Source: an uncultured Verrucomicrobiales bacterium (GTDB lineage: Bacteria; Verrucomicrobiota; Verrucomicrobiia; Verrucomicrobiales; Akkermansiaceae). From it: 64,000 nucleotides of DNA. Each line of letters opens with the position of its first letter. Positions within the stretch are counted from its first letter, which is position 1. The position numbers and the translations under genes were made by a program. Of the stretch, positions 1 to 7,055 are shown one piece after another. The notes beneath the pieces were generated by a model, which worked only from the letters and a program-made list of their open reading frames with translations, was not told the origin of the DNA and ran no database searches. The stretch covers positions 43,587-107,586 of the forward strand of contig CAZREM010000001.1 of NCBI GenBank assembly GCA_964599325.1. Direction: 5' to 3'.

Positions 1-669
1 ATTGGCGCGGAATCTCATCCCCAACAAACGGGCGTGGTGGTGAAACAAATTCTTGCAGGCAGTCCTGCTGAGAAAGCTGGACTCGTCGTCAACGATGTCA
101 TTATTCGCATTGATCAAAAAGAGATTGGCAGCCCGATCGAATTTCGCACGGCGATTTCAAACAAACAGCCAGGGCAACAAGTCAACATCGTCTTCCTTCG
201 CGATGGGAAGCAACTAAACAAGGATGTTGTTCTCAGCCAACGCGCACCAAGCACGGCAATGCCTCAGCACCGATTGGAGGTCATGGAGCACATGGGGGGC
301 GAATTAAGCGAAGTGCGCGACAACTTCGCAGCGGTGGTGCAGACAGACATGATCATCGATCCCGAAATGTGTGGGAGTCCGGTGATCAACTCTCGGGGTG
401 AAGTCGTTGGCTTAAACCTCGCGCGCGCGGGAAGAATTCGCAGTTACATCATCTCGTCTCAGGCCGTCCTGGCACTGCTGCAACAAGCACCGACTCCCGT
501 GAGTGAGGCGAAACAGCTGCAACCGATGTCACGGCCAAGATTAGCGAACCGCCCCGCCAATGTGATTCCTCTCGATGAAGATCAAGTGGAAAGAATGAAA
601 AATCGCATGCGCGAAATGGAGAATTTGCTAGAGATGTTCGATCAAGAATTGCAACAACTGCGCCGCTAA
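1..669 (+). CDS. PDZ domain-containing HtrA/trypsin-fold protein, C-terminal part (5' end outside the window)
   Basis: The frame is open from base 1 (IGAESHPQQTG precedes the listed Met at 34). PDZ-like stretch VVKQILAGSPAEKAGLVVNDVIIRIDQKEI. Downstream, VVQTDMIIDPEMCGSPVINSRGEVVGLN aligns with the HtrA motif QTDAAINPGNSGGPLvN..GevIGIN. The tail is coiled-coil-like. Confidence 0.65.
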   Translation: MGAESHPQQTGVVVKQILAGSPAEKAGLVVNDVIIRIDQKEIGSPIEFRTAISNKQPGQQVNIVFLRDGKQLNKDVVLSQRAPSTAMPQHRLEVMEHMGGELSEVRDNFAAVVQTDMIIDPEMCGSPVINSRGEVVGLNLARAGRIRSYIISSQAVLALLQQAPTPVSEAKQLQPMSRPRLANRPANVIPLDEDQVERMKNRMREMENLLEMFDQELQQLRR

Positions 670-2720
670 AACGGCACATGATCGTCGGCCACCCGTTGGT
701 CACTGGCATTGATCCGATGCACACCCACATCCCATTCTTCCATCAAGTCAGAGTCCACATCGGCTAAAAACCGGGAGGGTTGCATCAAGATGTCTCCCCT
801 GTAGGACTTGGGATTGAGCATGGGATAGATCAAATACAGCTCATCTTCGGCGCGCGTGGCAGCAACGTAAAACAATCGTCGCTCTTCTTCGATGTCCTCG
901 GGATGGAGGGATTCCAATACCCGCGCGTTAGGAAATTGCCCCTCAGCCAGCCAAATGACAAAAACAACCTTCCATTCGAGGCCTTTCGCTTGATGGATGG
1001 AAGACAAGGTGACTTGCGAGGACACTTGTTGAGTTTCGCGATCATCGTCCTCACTGTCTTGATTGCCTAGTAGCGATAATTGCTCCAAAAAAAGCAGAAC
1101 ATCGTCGAATTGCCCCGCAAACTCCCGCAGTTTATCCAAGTCCTCACGACGTTGTTCTGAGTTGTTAAAACTCACGGTTAAATAGTCATCATACATTCCA
1201 TGCAACACCGAATCAATCATGGAGCTAGGACGCACAAACTGACCCAAATGGTGCATCTCATCCAGAATTTCGCCCACTTGTATCCAATCCGGATGGGATT
1301 TTTTAGGACATTTGATCAACCCAAACACCGTGCTAAAAGAAACTGGCAATGTGGATTCTCCGCCTGAAATCTGATTTTTCCAGCTGAGCCACATTGATTC
1401 TGCTGTTCCAGAACCGACGCCTGGCAAGAGCAGCACCATGCGCTTAAAAGCCATCTCATCACGCGGGTTGGTGACGAATCTTAGAAAAGCGCAAACGTCC
1501 TTGATGTGGGCTTGCTCAAAAAAACGAATCCCGCTGGTAATCGCGAAAGGAATGCCTCGACGCGTCAGTTCCATTTGCAATTCCATGCTATGAAAATGCG
1601 CCCGATAGAGCACAGCGATGTCAGAATATTCGACACCAGATTCCACCAAATCCATGATGCGCTGTGACACGAACATGGCCTGCATCACCGGATCTTCCAC
1701 GGGCACGAGCGCAGGCTTGCAACCCACACTGGCACGCACTGCACGCAAGGTTTTGTCGAATCGCTGCGTGTTGGATCGAATTGACATGTTGGACAAGTCA
1801 AGAATCTCCGGAACACTGCGATAATTGGTCTCAATGGTATAAACTTTGCAGGCGCGTTTCTGCTGCGGGTATTCGAGAATATGACTCATGTTGGCGCCAC
1901 GCCACGAGTAGATGGATTGGGCATCATCACCAACCAACATCACCTGAGAATGCTCGCCGCTCAGTAACTCGATCATCTGCGTTTGAATCGCATTGGAATC
2001 CTGAAACTCATCAACGAGAATGTGGCGAAATTGACGTTGATATTGCTCGCACACGCACGAGTTGTGGCGCAGCAAAGTCACGGTTTTGAGCAAAAGATCA
2101 TCGAAATCGACCGAGTTGCTCTCTGTTTTTGCTTTGGAAAAACGCTGATGCAGTTGCTCAATTTGCGGCAGCCATTCGAGAAAATGCTCATATTTCTCAT
2201 TCACCACCGCTGCAACATCACGATCGGTATTTGCGGCCAAGCTATAGATGGACAGCAGAACATCTGCTTTGGGGAATTTTTTTTGATCACTGCCGAGATC
2301 CATTCCTTTCAACAAACCGGATAACAACGACTTTTGATCATCACGATCCAAAATGCTATACGAACGCGTAAGGCCGGTTAACTCGGCATGACGACGCAAA
2401 ATACGACTAGCGATGGCGTGAAAAGTGCCCGCCCAGATGTCCAACTGCGATTCAGTGGTCAGATTCCGCACGCGATCAATCATCTCGCGGGCCGCTTTAT
2501 TGGTGAAGGTGAGCAATAAAATTTGCCAAGGCTTAATCCCCTGCCGCAACAGCCAAGCAACGCGATAGGTCAACGTGCGAGTTTTGCCTGAGCCCGCTCC
2601 CGCAATGACTAGTGCATGCGCGTGATTGCTCACAACAGCTTGATATTGCTCATCATTGAGCGCGGAACGAAATCCCGAGTCATCCGCATCACCACTTCGA
2701 ATCTCATATGACCGCGCCAT
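666..2720 (-). CDS. UvrD/PcrA/Rep-family SF1 ATP-dependent DNA helicase
   Basis: 684-aa ORF. Walker A AGAGSGKTRTLTYR, motif II ILVDEFQDSN, motif III MLVGDDAQSIYSWRGA, late motifs LSSIHQAKGLEW and YVAATRAEDELYL. The 3' end overlaps the convergent PDZ gene by 4 nt. Confidence 0.9.
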   Translation of the reverse strand: MARSYEIRSGDADDSGFRSALNDEQYQAVVSNHAHALVIAGAGSGKTRTLTYRVAWLLRQGIKPWQILLLTFTNKAAREMIDRVRNLTTESQLDIWAGTFHAIASRILRRHAELTGLTRSYSILDRDDQKSLLSGLLKGMDLGSDQKKFPKADVLLSIYSLAANTDRDVAAVVNEKYEHFLEWLPQIEQLHQRFSKAKTESNSVDFDDLLLKTVTLLRHNSCVCEQYQRQFRHILVDEFQDSNAIQTQMIELLSGEHSQVMLVGDDAQSIYSWRGANMSHILEYPQQKRACKVYTIETNYRSVPEILDLSNMSIRSNTQRFDKTLRAVRASVGCKPALVPVEDPVMQAMFVSQRIMDLVESGVEYSDIAVLYRAHFHSMELQMELTRRGIPFAITSGIRFFEQAHIKDVCAFLRFVTNPRDEMAFKRMVLLLPGVGSGTAESMWLSWKNQISGGESTLPVSFSTVFGLIKCPKKSHPDWIQVGEILDEMHHLGQFVRPSSMIDSVLHGMYDDYLTVSFNNSEQRREDLDKLREFAGQFDDVLLFLEQLSLLGNQDSEDDDRETQQVSSQVTLSSIHQAKGLEWKVVFVIWLAEGQFPNARVLESLHPEDIEEERRLFYVAATRAEDELYLIYPMLNPKSYRGDILMQPSRFLADVDSDLMEEWDVGVHRINASDQRVADDHVPF

Positions 2721-2868
2721 GACAAAAGTCTGTTTTTGACGAAGCGAAAGTCAATGCTGATCTGCGGATGACATTCATTCACAAAAAAGCACAATTCCTG
2801 CTCTGATCGAGCACAAAAGCATGCCCAACCTGCGTTTGATTATTTGGGGATCGCTAGGGGACGAAAAA

Positions 2869-2903
2869 ATCATAAATATTGATTAATATATCATAAATCT
2901 TGA
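2869..2903. repeat. Two 14-nt direct repeats (atcataaatATtga / atcataaatCTtga), 21 bp apart, in a divergent promoter region
   Basis: Read directly: 2869-2882 and 2890-2903 match at 13/14 positions. They lie in the AT-rich 213-bp gap between the helicase start (2720, minus) and the zinc-ribbon gene start (2934, plus). Confidence 0.5.
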
Positions 2904-2933
2904 ATCTGATACATATTAAGATAAATTATCCGC

Positions 2934-4193
2934 GTGTCCATGGAAGAACCGCTTAAATTCTCTTGCAACCATTGTCGCACTGTTCTTTCGGTTCCAGCCG
3001 CATTCGCTGGAGTGACAGCTCCTTGTCCACTGTGTGGATATCAGATTACCGCGCCGCACATCACCAGTCATGTGGCTACTCCAGCGAAAGAACAGCCACA
3101 TGACGCAACAAAGCCCCAGTTTGCTCAAGATGCCGATGAGTTTTCGGAGTCTCTGGCCGCAGTTGTCAAGCCAGCACGCTCGAATCTCTGGCTACGCATC
3201 GCGATTCCAGTAACTGTCACGACACTACTGCTCTTGTGCTTGTATGGATTGACAAAGGTGATGAAGGGCAGGAGTCCCGCACCCGAGCCGGTGGCGGTGC
3301 GAAAATCAATCCCTCTCGCGGTGCCCGTCAGTGATTCAAATGCACGCGCACAGCATCATGGCAGTGATAGCGAAGTCGCTGCTGCAAAACAACTGTCTTC
3401 CGATCAAAATGCGACGGACAGAGAGACAACCCCACAATTGCCAAAGCCACCCATCGCGATTAACCCAGCTCAACCATCAGCGGCGGTAGTGCTTGATCCA
3501 ACGCCGGGAGTCAAACACGCGGTGGCACCTGATAATGGAGCAATCGAAGTTGCCAAGTTGGTGGATCAGTTTTTGTCTGCGACCAGTTACGCCGAGCGGA
3601 AAAACATCATCTCGACAAAGAGACAAATCATCGAATTGGAGCAATCGATTCTGGCGAAGCCGTTTCCGAGTTATGATGTCAACGCCGGAGCACAAATTCC
3701 GATTGCCGATGAGAATCTCACGGAGTTTTACTATGAAATTCGCTTCTACAAAAATGACATTGGACTGCCAAAGTTATGCACGTTGTTGATTCAAAAACGT
3801 GGTTCAGATCCAGCAAAGATCATTGTCGATCCTTTTTTGGACATTGTGGATGGACGTTTGGCAAACTTTGCTAAACACTCACAAGACGGCCTGCTCGACT
3901 TTTACGTGATCATGGATCCACGAGTGAAGTGTTTCGATGACAACGTTCCAAATGCTTTCAAGAAAAGCACTTTTTATCTGCGGGCTCACAGCAATGGTGA
4001 TGACATTGCCACTGCGTATGCGACTGAAGTTTCATCGGTGCGACAATTGTTCAATGATCCCACGAGCGGCTTAAAATGGAAGCTGCCGATTCCAGTGGTC
4101 GTAACTTTGCAGTGGAATAAGAATGAGGACAAGCAGCGTCCATTTTTGGAACTGGTTAACATCAAAGCACTAAACTGGAGTGGTTCAAAATAA
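2934..4193 (+). CDS. Membrane-anchored zinc-ribbon protein with a large extracytoplasmic domain (hypothetical)
   Basis: 419-aa ORF (GTG at 2934; ATG at 2940 is equally possible). N-terminal CxxC-x16-CxxC (CNHCRTVLSVPAAFAGVTAPCPLC), one TM helix (LWLRIAIPVTVTTLLLLCLYGL), then about 310 aa with no motif I recognise. Confidence 0.75.
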   Translation: MSMEEPLKFSCNHCRTVLSVPAAFAGVTAPCPLCGYQITAPHITSHVATPAKEQPHDATKPQFAQDADEFSESLAAVVKPARSNLWLRIAIPVTVTTLLLLCLYGLTKVMKGRSPAPEPVAVRKSIPLAVPVSDSNARAQHHGSDSEVAAAKQLSSDQNATDRETTPQLPKPPIAINPAQPSAAVVLDPTPGVKHAVAPDNGAIEVAKLVDQFLSATSYAERKNIISTKRQIIELEQSILAKPFPSYDVNAGAQIPIADENLTEFYYEIRFYKNDIGLPKLCTLLIQKRGSDPAKIIVDPFLDIVDGRLANFAKHSQDGLLDFYVIMDPRVKCFDDNVPNAFKKSTFYLRAHSNGDDIATAYATEVSSVRQLFNDPTSGLKWKLPIPVVVTLQWNKNEDKQRPFLELVNIKALNWSGSK

Positions 4194-4243
4194 GCAGCTT
4201 CCATGATTGACCTGATTGACAATCCGTCGTTACGATTCCAGAC

Positions 4244-5119
4244 ATGAGCAGGTTTGTGATGTTGTGGATTGTCTCCGCTTGGTCGATGGCGTGTGGCTTG
4301 TTGCAAGCTCAAATTGGGGTGCAAATCAATTGCGACCAAACGCAATTTTTGAATGGCGAAGCTGTTTTGGTGGATGTGATGCTGACCAATCATACGGGGG
4401 CAGATTTGACCTTACAAAACTCCGCTGGTGTGCCTTGGCTGGAATTTGTGGTGCGCCGTTCCAACGACGACGTCGTGACTCCGGCTCGTCGCAATCAGTT
4501 TCAGTCAGTGAAAATCGTGACCGGCCAGACAGTTGTTAAAAAAATCAATCTTTCCCAACTTTTTCATCTCAAAGAAGCAGGAAACTATCGAGTCACCTGC
4601 GTGGTGCGGATGGGTGGCAATGAGACAGCGGGATTCACATCCAATCGTTTGATCTTCTCGGTCAGCAATGCACGTGCAGACTGGAGTCAAAAAGTCGGCG
4701 TGCCCGGCCAACCAGGAGCATCCCGCGAATTTCGCCTTACCAATTTCACCAATTCTTCCAAAACACAGTTATATGCACAGATTGTTGACGGTCGATCTGA
4801 TACCCCGATCCAAACGTTATGCTTTGGAGAAGCTTTGTTGTTTCGCAAACCACAAGCAGCGGTTGATCGCCAGCAAACATTGCATGTTCTCTATTTGGCA
4901 AATCCGCAGTTTTATGTGCACGCACAAATCAATCTGAATGGGCAGCTGCTGAATCGTGAATTGCATCAACGCGGTGCCGGTGGAGATCCTCAATTGATGA
5001 CTTACGCCGATGGCAACGTTAAAGTCATCAACAGCGTGCAATATGATGCCAAAGCTGCGGAAGAGGCGCGGCGCAAGATTCGCAAACTCACCGATCGACC
5101 TCCTTACACATATCAATGA
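4244..5119 (+). CDS. Secreted hypothetical protein (signal peptide, beta-rich)
   Basis: 291-aa ORF with N-terminal signal peptide MSRFVMLWIVSAWSMACGLLQAQ. It starts 50 nt after the previous gene on the same strand. No recognisable catalytic motif. Confidence 0.7.
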   Translation: MSRFVMLWIVSAWSMACGLLQAQIGVQINCDQTQFLNGEAVLVDVMLTNHTGADLTLQNSAGVPWLEFVVRRSNDDVVTPARRNQFQSVKIVTGQTVVKKINLSQLFHLKEAGNYRVTCVVRMGGNETAGFTSNRLIFSVSNARADWSQKVGVPGQPGASREFRLTNFTNSSKTQLYAQIVDGRSDTPIQTLCFGEALLFRKPQAAVDRQQTLHVLYLANPQFYVHAQINLNGQLLNRELHQRGAGGDPQLMTYADGNVKVINSVQYDAKAAEEARRKIRKLTDRPPYTYQ

Positions 5120-5204
5120 GCCAAGTTCGAATGCGGAAATTTGACTTATCTTAACTTTTTTAGATTGCCAACGCTGGTGCGGTGTTGCATCTATAACACA
5201 CAAG

Positions 5205-5807
5205 ATGCTGAAAAAAATGATGCAGCTGTTTTGGGTCATGTGGCTTAGTGTGATGTTAAGTCCAGCATATGGTGTTTACTTTCGCACCGTCGTCATCGAT
5301 CCTGGCCACGGCGGTCATGACAAGGGGTGCCAGTGGGGAAAAGTATATGAAAAACACCTAACACTCGATACGTCTTTGCGTCTCGAAAAAGCGTTGCAGC
5401 AGAAAGGTTTTTCAACAACGGTATTGCGTCGCAGCGATTATTTTATCTCCCTGCCCCAGCGCGTGTCGATGGCGGCAAAATACCGCAACGCGATTTTTGT
5501 GAGCATTCATTACAATTTCACTTGGAAATCGATGGTGAACGGGCTCGAAACCTATTACAATTCCCCTCAGAGCATGGCACTTGCCTCCTATGTGCAAAGC
5601 AATATTCTTCGCAGAATCAATACCACCAATCGCGGTGCCAAATTTGCACGCTATTACGTGATTCGTAATGCAAAAATGCCAGCAATCTTGGTTGAGTGCG
5701 GTTTTGTTAGCAACGAAAACGAGCGCAACAAGATGAAAAAAGCCTGGTATCGTCAGGCGCTGGCCGAAGGCATCGCTGATGGCGTCATGCGGTATCGCCA
5801 ACAATAA
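5205..5807 (+). CDS. N-acetylmuramoyl-L-alanine amidase (Amidase_3 family)
   Basis: 200-aa ORF with a signal peptide. Amidase_3 hallmarks: VVIDPGHGGHDKG, FVSIHYN, GLETYY, ILVECGFVSN. Confidence 0.88.
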   Translation: MLKKMMQLFWVMWLSVMLSPAYGVYFRTVVIDPGHGGHDKGCQWGKVYEKHLTLDTSLRLEKALQQKGFSTTVLRRSDYFISLPQRVSMAAKYRNAIFVSIHYNFTWKSMVNGLETYYNSPQSMALASYVQSNILRRINTTNRGAKFARYYVIRNAKMPAILVECGFVSNENERNKMKKAWYRQALAEGIADGVMRYRQQ

Positions 5808-5818
5808 CCGCTAACACC

Positions 5819-6121
5819 ATGCAAGCACCGCTGACATATCGCTGTCCGAGTTGCGATCATGATGCTGTGGTTGGCAAACCCTGCGCAACCTGCAATGCCA
5901 ATCGCAAACCAAGAAATACGAAACTCGGCGCCGCTTCAAAAAAAAAGAAGCATCAGCACTCGTGGCAGCAGGACTCCATTTACGATGGGCTTGATTTACC
6001 AGAAGACCCAGATGTGAGAGATGCAGACGCATTCAATCAACATCAGAAACGCATCGCTTGGTATTGGATTGCTACTGCCGTTCTTTTGATCATCGCCACC
6101 TTGGCTAGCATACTGAAATAA
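5819..6121 (+). CDS. Tail-anchored zinc-ribbon protein (hypothetical)
   Basis: 100-aa ORF starting 11 nt after the amidase stop. CxxC-x9-CxxC (CPSCDHDAVVGKPCATC), a lysine-rich linker encoded by an A9 run, and a C-terminal TM helix IAWYWIATAVLLIIATLASIL. Confidence 0.65.
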   Translation: MQAPLTYRCPSCDHDAVVGKPCATCNANRKPRNTKLGAASKKKKHQHSWQQDSIYDGLDLPEDPDVRDADAFNQHQKRIAWYWIATAVLLIIATLASILK

Positions 6122-6125
6122 TGCA

Positions 6126-6173
6126 CATGTCAGCAGCTACCGGTTTCGAATCCAGAACCAATGCGCTGACATG
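6126..6173. repeat. Inverted repeat: 9-bp perfect stem (catgtcagc / gctgacatg) around a 30-nt loop
   Basis: Read directly. It starts 5 nt after the stop at 6121. The loop contains ggtttcgaatcc (a tRNA T-loop-like string with one extra T) and an inner ggtt/aacc pairing. No U-tract follows, so it is not a canonical terminator. Confidence 0.5.
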
Positions 6174-6390
6174 AGCCAGTGATCGATCATGTTCGACACA
6201 TTCACGATCTGGGCGAAACACGTCGAAACCAAAATGACCGAGTGATTCAAGAACGCAGAGACCCCGCACCACCGAATCAAATTTAATGGACAGAGCAAGC
6301 TAGCAGCTGGAACTCAAAAAAAAGTAACCAGCGGCCAGCAAAGCGCTTTTGATGTGGACGCGCACCACCCAGCGCACATCTTGCTATTGA

Positions 6391-6615
6391 TTAAGCAGCG
6401 ATCTCAAAGTGCTCAGAAATTTTTTGAAAAATCCGATCACGTCTCTCACGGGCTTTGATCACGTCACGCGTTTTCAATGAAAAGCGCATGCGCTCAGAAG
6501 TAGCATCTGATTTGTGAACAGTCACATGACACCACCAAATGCCGCGATTGTTCCAAAGGTGATGATTTTCATTACCTTCATTAATTTTCATGATAATTTT
6601 TTGGGTTTTTTTCAT
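6391..6615 (-). CDS. Small basic protein, paralogue A (integrase arm-type DNA-binding-domain-like, stand-alone)
   Basis: The 93-aa ORF is trimmed to Met at 6615 (75 aa; Met at 6591 is also possible). Core NEGNENHHLWNNRGIWWCHVTVHKSDATSERMRFSLKTRDVIKARERRDRIFQKI is 46/63 identical to the neighbouring ORF by hand count. Confidence 0.6.
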   Translation of the reverse strand: MKKTQKIIMKINEGNENHHLWNNRGIWWCHVTVHKSDATSERMRFSLKTRDVIKARERRDRIFQKISEHFEIAA

Positions 6616-6708
6616 GCACAAAATGAAATATGGCGATTGAGCGATTCCAGCAAGGAAAAAAGCCAAAATCAATCGGTTTTACCAGTGAAAAACCAATAAC
6701 AAAACATC

Positions 6709-6948
6709 TCATGCAGCTGCATTGTTCAAATGCGCAATTTTTTGAAAAATCCGATCACGCCGTTCTCGTGCTTTTTGTAAATCTTTGGTCTTCAAGGAAA
6801 ATCTAAGCCGTTGTGAAGTTGAATCAGAACGATGCAATGTCATGTGACACCACCAAACGCCACGATTATTCCACAAGTGATGATTTTCATTTTGCTCGTT
6901 GACACGAACAGACAGGCGAGTTGGGGATGTGTCTTTGTCAGCACTCAT
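6709..6948 (-). CDS. Small basic protein, paralogue B (integrase arm-type DNA-binding-domain-like, stand-alone)
   Basis: The 112-aa ORF is trimmed to Met at 6948 (79 aa), because the upstream part is encoded by a perfect palindrome. Core NEQNENHHLWNNRGVWWCHMTLHRSDSTSQRLRFSLKTKDLQKARERRDRIFQKI. It shares a 24-nt identical DNA block (aattttttgaaaaatccgatcacg) with paralogue A. Confidence 0.6.
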   Translation of the reverse strand: MSADKDTSPTRLSVRVNEQNENHHLWNNRGVWWCHMTLHRSDSTSQRLRFSLKTKDLQKARERRDRIFQKIAHLNNAAA

Positions 6949-7001
6949 AGGTTTTACAAGTAAAACACTCAATTTACACCATTTGTGCCTGCTGTGAATG
7001 A

Positions 7002-7038
7002 AATATTGCGCAAAAAAAACGTTCTTTTGCGCAATATT
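7002..7038. repeat. Perfect 14-bp inverted repeat (aatattgcgcaaaa N9 ttttgcgcaatatt); hairpin/terminator or operator
   Basis: Read directly: arms at 7002-7015 and 7025-7038, spacer aaaacgttc containing the palindrome aacgtt. It lies 18 nt downstream of the PLP-enzyme stop (7056, minus) and 54-90 nt upstream of the paralogue B start (6948). Confidence 0.7.
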
Positions 7039-7055
7039 GAACGACAAACCACAGA

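Noticed and set aside
5938-5946. An A9 homopolymer inside the tail-anchored zinc-ribbon gene, as a possible phase-variation switch.
   Set aside because: It simply encodes a KKKK linker. A9 is short for efficient slippage, there is no evidence of alternative frames encoding anything, and it cannot be tested without population data.
6138-6165. A possible tRNA gene or fragment, because of the ggtttcgaatcc string.
   Set aside because: The T-stem does not pair (ccggt versus ccaga gives 2/5 pairs). The T-loop has an extra T, and no acceptor, D or anticodon arms can be drawn. I keep it only as a possible decayed remnant in the findings.
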